From Verrucomicrobiales bacterium (GTDB taxonomy: Bacteria > Verrucomicrobiota > Verrucomicrobiia > Verrucomicrobiales > V1-33): a DNA stretch of 64,000 nt. The position numbers and the translations under genes were made by a program. How positions within the stretch are numbered: the first letter of the stretch is position 1; each line of letters opens with the position of its first letter. The stretch spans positions 32,001-96,000 of the forward strand of contig JANOAV010000140.1 of the NCBI GenBank assembly GCA_031411295.1, written 5' to 3'. A model generated the notes under the pieces. That model worked only from the letters and a program-made list of their open reading frames with translations. It was not told the origin of the DNA and did not search any database. Below are positions 40,868 through 50,597 of this stretch, in pieces.

Positions 40868-41189
40868 AAAACAAGGTGGCAGGCTCTTTATTGGAAAAGT
40901 ATTTGACGGTTACTAGAATCACCATAATTTCATGCCATGACCACCCGTTATCGATTTAGACCTGCCGATTTAGAGGCTACTGCATATTTTCACGTCGTCA
41001 GCCGATGCTATGACCGTAAGTTCTTGCTTCTTGCTAGTGTGAAAACAAGGTGGCAGGCTCTTTATTGAGAAATGGAATTGACACCCGCTAGAATTTCCAT
41101 AGATTCACCAGGTGACTACCCGATACCGATTCCGTGCCGCCGATTTAGAGTCCGTGGCCTATTACCACGTGGTTTCCCGATGCTACTGA
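40868..41189 (+). pseudogene. Two tandem ~175-bp stubs, each a promoter plus the 5' end of a RAYT-like transposase
   Basis: AAAACAAGGTGGCAGGCTCTTTATTG at 40868 and 41042; frames from 40937 (MTTRYRFRPADLEATAYFHVVSRCY) and 41112 (VTTRYRFRAADLESVAYYHVVSRCY*). Confidence 0.7.
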
Positions 41190-41434
41190 AGGCAAAACGG
41201 GCCAGTCTTAATGAAAGTGAGTCCCCCACTCACAGTAAAGATCATTCAGCAAATTAATATAGAAACCAGCACCACAGCCTTGGGTATCTGTTTAAAGGCT
41301 TTAAGCATTTCCGATGGGCGATGTTGGCAGCCTTTGTGATGGGGGTATTGCCGGAGAAATCCCCGGCTTATCTCCTGTCTTTCGTTCTATTGGTTATTGG
41401 TAGCATCATCGGGGGCTGTGGGGCGGTCCACGAA

Positions 41435-42010
41435 TCAGCCAGTGGGTAGCCAGGAGACGCTTTCGTAAATGGTGCTCAGCGGCAGGGTGAGGTCCACGGA
41501 TTCCAGGGTGATTTCCGAGTCTAATTCCGTAAAAACCTCGCCATCCCAGTCCATGCGGCGGCGGTAGATGGTGACTTCTGCCTGATCTTGGGCTACTAGC
41601 ACGTATTCTTCCAGGGTGGGGATGGTGCGGTAAATGCTGAATTTTTCCATGCGGTCCAGTCGCTCGGTGCTGGGGGAGAGCACTTCGATGATGAGCTTGG
41701 GGAATCGCAGGTAGAAGTCATCCGTGTCCCGTGGATCACAGCCGACGACGATGTCAGGATAGTAAAAGACATCCTTACCATGAGCAAGCACACGGACTTT
41801 CATATCCGCCATGAACGGACGACAGGGGTTACCGTGGAGGTGGGAAAATAATTTGCTAAATAGACTACCAGTAGCTTGGCCATGATTCCTGCTGGCCCCC
41901 GCCATGGCAGTCACTTGGCCCGAGTTATATTCATGGCGCACCTCGCTGAGAGGTTCCCCAGTGAGGTAGTCTTCGACGGTGATGAAACGTAGTTGGCGCG
42001 CGGCGGACAT
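41435..42010 (-). CDS. Uma2 family (PD-D/ExK-like) endonuclease
   Basis: EDYL..E....RHEY, MAGAS..H, YYPDIVVGCD, PKLIIEVLSPSTERLDR, LEEYVLVAQD. Confidence 0.92.
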   Translation of the reverse strand: MSAARQLRFITVEDYLTGEPLSEVRHEYNSGQVTAMAGASRNHGQATGSLFSKLFSHLHGNPCRPFMADMKVRVLAHGKDVFYYPDIVVGCDPRDTDDFYLRFPKLIIEVLSPSTERLDRMEKFSIYRTIPTLEEYVLVAQDQAEVTIYRRRMDWDGEVFTELDSEITLESVDLTLPLSTIYESVSWLPTG

Positions 42011-42174
42011 GCGGCAGTATGCACCAGAGTCAGGTTTCCTGCAACCTTGAGGATTCATCCTTTCATCCTTTTGCATGGCGGCTCCTAGCTCGGCCCGTCG
42101 AGTTACCCACGGGCAATGACAGGCGCGTTTGTGGTGGGATGCACGGAAGACTTGATTTACCGGGCGTCAACGGA

Positions 42175-42458
42175 AGACAAACGCGTGGGACGTCGGGAGA
42201 CCGTGTGGGAGGAGCGATTCCGCAGTGTGCTGGTGGAAGGGGCCGGAGAAGCACTGGCCACCATGGCGGCCTACATCGACCTGAGTGAACTACCTAATGC
42301 GAGGCGGAATCTTTGGCGGCGCAGGCTTTGTGAATGGAGTCTTTGCATCAGTGCGGGAACGATTTGGCAAAAATCCGAAAAGCGGGGCCAGGAAACTCAA
42401 AGGACTTGAAGCCGGGGAGCTGCGGGTCTTGCGAGATTTGCAAAAGGGAGTAGGCTAA
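42175..42458 (+). pseudogene. RAYT-like transposase 3' remnant (internally deleted, frameshifted)
   Basis: KRVGRRETVWEERFRSVLVEG..EALATMAAYIDL, then in another frame IFGGAGFVNGVFASVRERFGKNPKSGARKLKG...LRDLQ*; homologous to parts of 13193-14089. Confidence 0.75.
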
Positions 42459-42705
42459 GCCAACTGCCGTCAGCCTATAGCCAAACCCCAAGCCCGAATG
42501 GCATGGATTTATTCAGATTGGTCTGATCTCCTTCGGTTCCTTCCTTTTCTTCTGTTCAAAATCGGGATGAAGATCAGGCCGGAACGCTGGATGGAAGTGG
42601 GCTGGTGGGCTTAATTTGAGCAGCCCAGCGGACTGCTCCACACTCGGTCGAGTGGAGATCTGGCCCCAGTGTGGGGCACTCAAAGCCCCACTCCTTGCGC
42701 GTGCA

Positions 42706-44019
42706 TTACTTGGTTCCGGCTAGTTTGTAGAGCGCCGAATCCGTCCGGAGGAACCATGCTCCCTCGGCAGCCGCCAGCGAGGCGAAAATTCTTCCTGGCA
42801 GGGCGTTGCGCGACACGATGGTAAAGGTTTTACCGGCTTTGACCACCACGGTAGTTCCATCCCGCAAGGACACAAAAATGTGCCCATCCGCCACGGTGGG
42901 GGAAGAACTGCATTCCGCTCCCAGGCGTTCCCGATAATGTTCCTCGCCCGTGACGGCATCCAGGCAAGTTAGGATGCCGCCGTCACTCACGAAGTAAATT
43001 TCATTTCCCGCCAGCAACGGAGACGGCATCGTGGGCACGCCGCGGGTGCAGCGCCAGACGACCTCGGGTTGCTTCAGCCCTTCATAGCGAATGGCCAGCA
43101 ACTGAGCCTTCATGAATCCTGTGCTCAGATAAATCATTCCGTTCCCAATCACGGGACGCGGGGTAAGGGAGAAGCCGAGATCGCCATATTCCAGCTTCCA
43201 GAGTTCCTTGCCGTCGGCATCGTAGCTGTAGAGCCAGTCGCTGCCGGGCGAGAGCAGTTGTTCCTGACCATTCACGGAGACCACGATGGGGGTGCCGTAG
43301 GATTTCTTGAACTGCGGGTTGTCATGCATTTTCCCCGAGCGAGGCGTCTTCCAGAGCACCTTGCCAGTCTTGGCCTCCAGGGCGGCCACGAATTGTTGAT
43401 CGCTGCCATCCATGTGGAAAATCAGGCGGCCCTGCCACAGCACTGGAGAGCTGCCCGGACCATTTTCATGCATCACCACCAACTCGGTATTCGTCCATAA
43501 AATTTTGCCAGTGGCGGTGTCCACGCAGGCCGTGCCTAACGCTCCGAAATGGCAATACAGCCGCCCGTCCTGCACCACCGGAGAAGGTGAGGCATAGCTG
43601 TTGAGCGCGTGAACCCATTGCGGTTGCTTGAGCGAGAGGAGCAGCACATTGTGTTTCACTTGACCCGATTGGCGATCCACCGCCACTGCGCGCAATTCCA
43701 CCTTTTCCAAGATGGTGAGCTTCTGATCACTGGTGTTCGTTTTTAAACGTTCCGCTTCCACTTCCTTGCTGGCAGCGGTTTCGATGGCCGTCGTCATCCA
43801 AATCAAATTTCCTTCAATCACAGGCGACGACCAGCCCTTGCCGGGGATTGCCGCTTTCCAGGCCACATTCTTGGTCTCATTCCACTCCGAGACTAAACCC
43901 GTTTCCAGCACGATGCCCAGGCCACCCTTTCCCCTCCATTCCGGCCACTCCGCTGAGATGGCAGGGGAAACGATACTGCCTATAGTTAGGCAGAGGAGGA
44001 AGCAGCAGGATGATTTCAT
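42706..44019 (-). CDS. Secreted PQQ-like beta-propeller protein
   Basis: Signal peptide, EWPEWRG, PGKGWSSPV, NSYASPSP, repeated TGK..W blades. Confidence 0.88.
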   Translation of the reverse strand: MKSSCCFLLCLTIGSIVSPAISAEWPEWRGKGGLGIVLETGLVSEWNETKNVAWKAAIPGKGWSSPVIEGNLIWMTTAIETAASKEVEAERLKTNTSDQKLTILEKVELRAVAVDRQSGQVKHNVLLLSLKQPQWVHALNSYASPSPVVQDGRLYCHFGALGTACVDTATGKILWTNTELVVMHENGPGSSPVLWQGRLIFHMDGSDQQFVAALEAKTGKVLWKTPRSGKMHDNPQFKKSYGTPIVVSVNGQEQLLSPGSDWLYSYDADGKELWKLEYGDLGFSLTPRPVIGNGMIYLSTGFMKAQLLAIRYEGLKQPEVVWRCTRGVPTMPSPLLAGNEIYFVSDGGILTCLDAVTGEEHYRERLGAECSSSPTVADGHIFVSLRDGTTVVVKAGKTFTIVSRNALPGRIFASLAAAEGAWFLRTDSALYKLAGTK

Positions 44020-44344
44020 GGGAGAAGATAGTGGTGAAGATGTATTAGTGGCAACTCAGTAGCGAAGCGGGAGGCATCACGCAAGTTTGGCGTATCACAC
44101 GAACGCGAGATCTGGAATGGTCATGCACAGTAAGCCCGCCGCCGCACTAGCCCAGTATGCGGCATCTCAGGCTAGTTGGAGTTTGGTAAAAGATTTTTGG
44201 TGAAAGATTGGGTTGGGATGGGCTTCATCTTTTACCAATCAGGATCGTGCGGGAAATGTGGCGGGCGCTTGTAACCAGCCAGTTTCACGATGACATCTCC
44301 TGGCAGGACGCCGGGCACGGTGGCCGCTCAGCCCGTGCACCCCG

Positions 44345-44389
44345 CATCCGCTGGCGTCCCGGCTTTAGCCGCTTAAAAGCGGGACACCA
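44345..44389. repeat. REP-like inverted doublet
   Basis: TGGCGTCCCGGCTTTAGCCG followed by CTTAAAAGCGGGACACCA; shares the CATCCGCTGG lead-in with the element at 1747. Confidence 0.6.
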
Positions 44390-44399
44390 ACTCATGTTC

Positions 44400-45641
44400 C
44401 TAGTGTTTCCGCCGACGCAGAAACAAGCCTAATCCAGCCAAGGCCAGACCTGCACTAGCAGGTTCTGGCACCGCCGTGCCGAAGACGTCGATTTCGCGAT
44501 AACCAGCATATCCAAAGGTCACGTCGCCAAAATCAAATCGCACTGCAGCCACTCCGGTGGCGAGTTCGCCATCCGCATCACGCAGCATGCTGCGGGTGCT
44601 GATATCGCCTCCGGGAGCATTATTGGCGTTGGCATCCAAGTCCACCAAGGACAGGGTGATGAACGTGTTGGGATCACTGACCAGCGAGTAGGAGGCAGTG
44701 TATTTCTGGCCACCACGGAACCCGTCCCAGCCGGCATACACATCAATACCGGAAAGACTGTAGCCACCAGGACTGGCGGTTAGGTCAAGCGCGTAGGTGA
44801 CGGATTCACCAGCATTTCCCATGGCGGATGAGCTGATCCCGTTGGCACCACCACCGCCGGGCCCGAAGGAGCCGTTAGTTAGCGCGGACAGGCCAACTGC
44901 CGTTTCGTCGTTGAAATTACCGGAAGAGGTCGTGACGATGCCGCCCGTCTGCAATAAGTCCGAACTGGAAGGGGTAAACGTCTGACCGAGTTGAATGGAG
45001 CTGAGCACCTTCACGCCCACGGGAGCCGCCGAGGCTGCGCCAGTGGCGTCGATTTCCCGATAGCCATTCCAGCCCCAGAAGTTGGTGTTGCCATAGTTGA
45101 AGCGCACCTGGGTCACATTTGTGGCCAGCGTTCCCGTGCTATCCGTCAGTGTCACTTGCGTATTGGTGTTCCCGGGCAACTGACCTGGATCATGATTCAC
45201 CGTGGCCACTCGCTGCCAGACCCCAGGAGCGAGGATCGATTGGTATTCAAATTGAAATGCCTGACTGGCCCGCGCGCCATCCCACGCGGCAGTCGAGACC
45301 ACGGTGTTCAAAGTAACGCCAGACGCCTGTGGGAAAGAAATTGTCAGCACCTCTCCGCTCCCCGCACTGAAGGCACCCAACCCTGGATTCGCGTTCGCCC
45401 CACCCTGAGGTCCGTAGATCCCATCAATCACGGCCCCCAACCCTTGGATGCCCTCTTGATTAAAAGTGCCCGTGCCGCCGATGGTGGCTCCAGCGGTCTG
45501 GAGGAAATCACTGCTGGAAATGGTGTAGGGTGCGTTGCTCTGCGTCACGTTCGTCTGCGTAGGAACACCGAACACCGTTCCAACAGAAACAGCGAAAAAA
45601 ACAGGGAGAGCGGAAGAGGTGATGCGGGACTGGGAGTTCAT
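44400..45641 (-). CDS. PEP-CTERM surface protein with an internally duplicated domain
   Basis: Signal peptide; C-terminal VPEPASAGLALAGLGLFLRRRKH; two copies of SSSD.LQT...WDG.R...LAT.V..VRF...GYREID. Confidence 0.92.
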   Translation of the reverse strand: MNSQSRITSSALPVFFAVSVGTVFGVPTQTNVTQSNAPYTISSSDFLQTAGATIGGTGTFNQEGIQGLGAVIDGIYGPQGGANANPGLGAFSAGSGEVLTISFPQASGVTLNTVVSTAAWDGARASQAFQFEYQSILAPGVWQRVATVNHDPGQLPGNTNTQVTLTDSTGTLATNVTQVRFNYGNTNFWGWNGYREIDATGAASAAPVGVKVLSSIQLGQTFTPSSSDLLQTGGIVTTSSGNFNDETAVGLSALTNGSFGPGGGGANGISSSAMGNAGESVTYALDLTASPGGYSLSGIDVYAGWDGFRGGQKYTASYSLVSDPNTFITLSLVDLDANANNAPGGDISTRSMLRDADGELATGVAAVRFDFGDVTFGYAGYREIDVFGTAVPEPASAGLALAGLGLFLRRRKH

Positions 45642-45813
45642 ACCAACATCTTTCCGGTAAATAGCAGTTTTGGCAATCCGAAAATTCAAAAAGACACTAC
45701 CACTGGAACAGGGCCTCTTCCTCGATTCAGCAACGCCCCATACTGCCGCAACATCCCGCATTGACCGACGACGAAATGCTGGACGTGGGCAAATTAACTG
45801 CCTAGGTTTAGCC

Positions 45814-46203
45814 ATGACTAATCGTAAATTCATTACCGCCTGCGTCTTGGCGTTGTGCTCGTTTGTTGCTGCTTCCGTCCTCGTGGCGAAGGACGCAGAG
45901 ATGACCGAACCGGTCAAAATTGAAGCGCTGATTTCCTATGTGGAAAATCTGCAAGACGTGACCTTCATTCGAAATGGCAGTGATTATGACGCCAAATCGG
46001 CCGCTAAATTTCTCCGGGCCAAGGTGAAGGCGCATTCCGATGACGCCAAGACGGCCACCGATTTCATTGCCAAACTGGCCACGGGATCTTCCACGACAGG
46101 CAAACCGTATGTGCTGCGTTATAAGGATGGCTCGGAGAAACCTTGCGCCGAAGTGCTCACGGCTCAATTGAAGACCCTAACGCCAACTCCGAAGGAAAAG
46201 TGA
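45814..46203 (+). CDS. DUF5329 (YfeK-like) exported protein
   Basis: Signal peptide; KIEALI...FIRNG..Y....A...LR.K...TA.DFI...AT.SS.TGKPY. Confidence 0.75.
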   Translation: MTNRKFITACVLALCSFVAASVLVAKDAEMTEPVKIEALISYVENLQDVTFIRNGSDYDAKSAAKFLRAKVKAHSDDAKTATDFIAKLATGSSTTGKPYVLRYKDGSEKPCAEVLTAQLKTLTPTPKEK

Positions 46204-46205
46204 GC

Positions 46206-49200
46206 ATGAGGGCACTCCTGATCTGCCTCCTCCTCCTCGGGGTCGGGCCGACGCTGGCGCAGTCGATTACTTGGAAGCCGGTTGATAAGCCATGGAATCG
46301 CGATTGGGGGAGCCATCGGGTGATCGTGAAAGTCTCTGACGCGGCAGAGGTGGTGCACGTGCATTTACCCTGGCGGCGGCGGGATGTGAATCCGGCGGCC
46401 AAAGCGGTGTGGGTCTATGATTTAAAATCGAATCAGCCGATCGCCAATGTCATCGCGCAAAATATCACCAACGAGGCGGGTGACGTTTACTTCCAGCCAA
46501 CCCAGGGCGCAGGCGAATATGCGATCAATTTCCTGCTAGTGAAAATCGGTGGTGGAGCGTTTCCAGTGGGGAAATATCAGGCGCCTGAAGACAAGACTGA
46601 GGCTGGCTGGAAGGCGAAGGCTTTGGCCACGACTGTGAAGGCCGAGCCAGTGAGGTGGGAGGCGATTTCGGCTTATGATGGATGGAATGAAATGGAGGTG
46701 ATTGCGACGGCGGAGGAGGAAGCTGGGCTGGCGAACACAGTTGGGGCGCAATCGTTTTACAGCAGGATCGAAACACGCGAGCATCCGGTGCGGATGTTTG
46801 ATCGACTGCCGGAGCGCTGGATGCGGGAGGCCGCGCAGCCATTGTTGCAGGCTCAACCGGGAGAGTATGTAGCCTTTCAAGCAGTCGTGTGGGTCCCTAA
46901 AACATTCGCAGAAGTGGACGTCGAGTCCGTAATGATGTCCGAGCTTAAATCAGCGGAAGGAAATATCATCAAGGTGCCGACCCGAGATATCACTTTTGAG
47001 CCACGCGGGCTAAATGCCGATCCTACCGAACAAATCTTGCGGAGTCAGCTGATCAGCCCCGGCACCGTGCAGCCGTTGTGGGCTGGGATCACGGTGCCAG
47101 CGACTGCGAAACCGGGAACTTACGTCGGCAAGGTCACGCTCAAAACGATGGGTGGCGCTGCGGTCAGTAGGGAACTGCCGATCACGATCGTTGTTGCAGG
47201 CGAACTATGGAAAGAATCCCTCGACGTTGATGCCAAGAAGCTGAATCGGCTCCAGTGGCTGGATTCGCAGGAAGCGGTGGATCATGAACCAGTGAAAGGC
47301 TACGAGCCTATCAAGTTGGATGAAGCCAAGCGGGAGTTGAACATCTTGGGTCGCACGCTGGTGTTAGCACCGAATGGGTTGCCTGCGCAGATTACGAGTC
47401 ATTTCAACAAGGCGGTCACGAAGGTGACAGGTGAGAATAATCTAAATTTACTAACGGGACCGTTTGCATTTACCACTGGATTGACTGCGACTGGGGCCAG
47501 TCCTGAGAAACTGGAATTTCCAACGAAATCGCCCGGCATCGTGGAATGGCGGGCCACCAGCCGGGAGGGGAAGGTGACGACGCGACTGAACGGCTCCCTT
47601 TCGGCGGATGGAAATTTGAGATGTCGGCTGGAGCTAACATCTGAGGCAACAGTGGTCTTGCCTGAGGTGAAACTAACAATTCCACGGACCGCGGAGAGTT
47701 GCGAATATGTCATCGGCATGGGGCAGGAAGCAGGCTTTGGCAAACCCACTTGGGATTGGTCCTGGGATGTGCTGCATAAGCATCAGGATAGCGTGTGGCT
47801 GGGAGCCGTGAATGGCGGACTGCGGATTCAGTTGTTCGATGACAATTATCATCGGCCGCCGGTCAATATTCACTACCCGAGGAATCCGTTAGTCTTGCCG
47901 TCCTGGGGCAATGACGGGAAAGGGAAAGTGACGTTTGCGAACAACACGCTGACCGTCGTTTTGGGAGAGCGAAAATTGGGGGCGCTGAAACAGAGCAAAC
48001 AGGAACCGGGCGATTCCCTTGTCTGCTCCTTTAACTTATTGATCACCCCATTCCATCAGCTGCGCACCGAGGAACAATGGTCTGAGCGCTATTACCACAC
48101 TAGTCATGTCGGATCGGACACTGCGAAATATTTGGATAGCGCGAAAGCGGCCGGGGCAAGCTTGATCAATATCCACCAGGGGAATTCGCTGAACCCTTAT
48201 ATCAATTATCCATTTCTCACGGCAGACCGGCTCAAAGCCTTCACGGACCAAGCGCATCAGCGGGACATGCGGGTGAAATATTACTACACCGTGCGGGAGC
48301 TTTCCAACTGGGCTCCAGAACTCTTTGCCATCCGCAGCATGGGCGATTCCATCCTGCCGCATGGCAAGGGCGGTGGGCATCCGTGGCTTGAGGAACATCT
48401 GGGAGGCAACTACTGGGGCGCCTGGTATGAGCCGGGGGTTCAGGATGTTAGTTTGCTGACGAAGCCTACTGGCAAATGGCTCAACTACTATGTGGAGGGC
48501 TTGAGGTGGCTGGTGGAACAAACGGGATGCGATGGCTTGTATCTGGATGATATTTCCTATGATCGGGAAACGATGGAGCGCTGTCGCAAAGTATTGGATC
48601 GCTACAATCCACGCGGCGGTCGCATTGACCTGCATTCATGGAATGAGTTCCACGGCGGCGGGGCGTGGGCGCAGTGTGCGAACATCTTTATGGACTCGAT
48701 GCCATTCGTAGATCGCCTGTGGTTTGGTGAAGGGCATCATTACACCGGGCCGCCGGCGGATCACTTCCTGGTAGAGATCAGTGGGGTGCCCTTTGGCCTG
48801 ATGGGGGAAATGTTGGAGGGCGGCGGCAATCCGTGGCTGGGCTTGGTGAATGGCTGCACCGGGCGCTTGGGCTGGGGCGGAAATCCACGACCCGTGTGGA
48901 AACTGTGGGATGACTTTGATGTCAAAGGCAGCGAATTCATTGGCTGGTGGGCGAAGGACGAATGCCCGGTGCAGACGGACAATGACAACGTTAAAGCCAC
49001 CATTTGGAAGCAGTCAGGTCGCACGTTAGTGGCACTGGGGAATTTCTCCGACAAACTCGTGGGCACCAAGTTGCAGATCAATTGGAAGCAACTGGGACTG
49101 GATCCAGCGAAGGTGAAATTTTATGCGCCTGCGATCACTGATTTGAGCCAGCGCGAGGCGATTTTCACGCTGGACCAAACACTTTCGGTCAAAGCCCACA

Positions 49201-49847
49201 AAGGCCTGGCGCTGATCATTGATGAAACACCGCGGGAGCTTTCCGCGGCACCCGCAGTCAATGCTTTGGGCAAACTATTGCTGGAGGAAACCTTCACCCC
49301 AGCGCCTCAGGCCGCGTGGAAGATGGTTGCCTCGCCCAAAGCCACCGCGGGAGTGCACAACGATGCCGGTTGGGTGCTGCAAGTGCCCGCCAATGTGCAT
49401 GCTTATTTGGAGCGATCCTTGGATGAGAAGGCCGGAGCGGTGGCGGTGCGACTCTATCAAGATGGCAAGGATGAAGCGCAACAATGGGGCCCGGGGATGG
49501 CGCTCATTTGGCCGAATGGCAAAACGCTGAAACTAAGCCTGCGGAAGGATGATCGGATTACCGTGGCCGCCAATGGCAATGAACAAATGCCTGCCAATAT
49601 CACGACGCGCGCTCCGCTGGAATTGACGATTAGTTGGAACGAGAAAACGATCAGCGTCCAAGCTGGCGGGCCGGCCATGGGCGATCTCGCAGAAGAAATT
49701 GCGACCTTCCCGCGCGCGCAGTTTCCCGGAGTCCCCAGCCTGGTGAGACTAGGGAAGATGCCGAACTCGGCGGAAGCCAAAGACCATGGCGATGCCGGAC
49801 CAGTCGGGTTCAGCCGCATCGAATGGTTCCGCATCCATGAGCGCTAA
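46206..49847 (+). CDS. Large exported putative glycoside hydrolase (DUF6067 / GH123-like)
   Basis: Signal peptide; WRRRD, NIHQG...NPYINYPF, YYTVRELSN, DGLYLDD, DRLWFGE, SGVPFGLMGEML. Confidence 0.65.
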   Translation: MRALLICLLLLGVGPTLAQSITWKPVDKPWNRDWGSHRVIVKVSDAAEVVHVHLPWRRRDVNPAAKAVWVYDLKSNQPIANVIAQNITNEAGDVYFQPTQGAGEYAINFLLVKIGGGAFPVGKYQAPEDKTEAGWKAKALATTVKAEPVRWEAISAYDGWNEMEVIATAEEEAGLANTVGAQSFYSRIETREHPVRMFDRLPERWMREAAQPLLQAQPGEYVAFQAVVWVPKTFAEVDVESVMMSELKSAEGNIIKVPTRDITFEPRGLNADPTEQILRSQLISPGTVQPLWAGITVPATAKPGTYVGKVTLKTMGGAAVSRELPITIVVAGELWKESLDVDAKKLNRLQWLDSQEAVDHEPVKGYEPIKLDEAKRELNILGRTLVLAPNGLPAQITSHFNKAVTKVTGENNLNLLTGPFAFTTGLTATGASPEKLEFPTKSPGIVEWRATSREGKVTTRLNGSLSADGNLRCRLELTSEATVVLPEVKLTIPRTAESCEYVIGMGQEAGFGKPTWDWSWDVLHKHQDSVWLGAVNGGLRIQLFDDNYHRPPVNIHYPRNPLVLPSWGNDGKGKVTFANNTLTVVLGERKLGALKQSKQEPGDSLVCSFNLLITPFHQLRTEEQWSERYYHTSHVGSDTAKYLDSAKAAGASLINIHQGNSLNPYINYPFLTADRLKAFTDQAHQRDMRVKYYYTVRELSNWAPELFAIRSMGDSILPHGKGGGHPWLEEHLGGNYWGAWYEPGVQDVSLLTKPTGKWLNYYVEGLRWLVEQTGCDGLYLDDISYDRETMERCRKVLDRYNPRGGRIDLHSWNEFHGGGAWAQCANIFMDSMPFVDRLWFGEGHHYTGPPADHFLVEISGVPFGLMGEMLEGGGNPWLGLVNGCTGRLGWGGNPRPVWKLWDDFDVKGSEFIGWWAKDECPVQTDNDNVKATIWKQSGRTLVALGNFSDKLVGTKLQINWKQLGLDPAKVKFYAPAITDLSQREAIFTLDQTLSVKAHKGLALIIDETPRELSAAPAVNALGKLLLEETFTPAPQAAWKMVASPKATAGVHNDAGWVLQVPANVHAYLERSLDEKAGAVAVRLYQDGKDEAQQWGPGMALIWPNGKTLKLSLRKDDRITVAANGNEQMPANITTRAPLELTISWNEKTISVQAGGPAMGDLAEEIATFPRAQFPGVPSLVRLGKMPNSAEAKDHGDAGPVGFSRIEWFRIHER

Positions 49848-50091
49848 ACCGCTTACCGGCACCGCGCTGATCAAGGAGGTGAATCGCCTGATTCGCCTGG
49901 CGCGAGGCCATTGGGATGCGCATCACAATGCCGCTTGTCGGCGGGAACGGGAGCGGGCGATGACCCTCTATGAAACACTGACTGACACCGAGAAAGAAAA
50001 GGTGCCCCAGGTGCTACGGGTGTGGTTGCGGTATCGCAGTGAGAAGTATTTCGGTGAGGGAAGAACGCCGCCTGGAGGGGGGCGGGGTTAG
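49837..50091 (+). CDS. Small conserved-looking hypothetical protein
   Basis: Overlaps the end of the upstream gene by 11 nt; helical sequence ending VPQVLRVWLRYRSEKYFG. Confidence 0.6.
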   Translation: MSAKPLTGTALIKEVNRLIRLARGHWDAHHNAACRRERERAMTLYETLTDTEKEKVPQVLRVWLRYRSEKYFGEGRTPPGGGRG

Positions 50092-50111
50092 TATTATCTA
50101 TCTATCAAGAT

Positions 50112-50597
50112 TCAGCCCTGTTGGTGGAACAAGAAAGGCTTCACGTTGACTCTCAATCGCTCTAACTCTGAGGCGTTGTGAGTCAACATTTCGTGCCCCC
50201 AAGTGAAGCTCGTGTCTTGGTTACAGTCCGTGGCCAGCATCTCGCCAATCGATTCAGGTCTGGTGCCTAAAGCAGCGAAAAGGCGCTCCGGCTCATCTGA
50301 GCAGCCGAAGCGATCCCGCAGGTCTGCCGGCATTTGACTGAGAATATCCTCACGTCTGGCTACCTGATTATCAAAATCGATCACCAACAAGACATGCCGG
50401 TTCGGGTAGGTGCGCATCATTCTGACATGATCTTCGAGGACTGCAGTCAGGGCCTTGCGCCATCCTTTGGCGACATTTTGGATCGGCATTTGTCTTGAGT
50501 TCACCGCCCGGTAATTTCTGAAACCCACCAACATCTGGCGATTGGCATCATCTTCTGGTAACACCAAAAGGTGGGGGCGGTAATTGTTGGCACTCAT
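50112..50597 (-). CDS. TOPRIM-like putative nuclease, partner of the ABC ATPase
   Basis: LLVLPEDD (strand then Glu) and LLVIDFD (DxD); ATGA overlap with the ATPase gene. Confidence 0.6.
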   Translation of the reverse strand: MSANNYRPHLLVLPEDDANRQMLVGFRNYRAVNSRQMPIQNVAKGWRKALTAVLEDHVRMMRTYPNRHVLLVIDFDNQVARREDILSQMPADLRDRFGCSDEPERLFAALGTRPESIGEMLATDCNQDTSFTWGHEMLTHNASELERLRVNVKPFLFHQQG

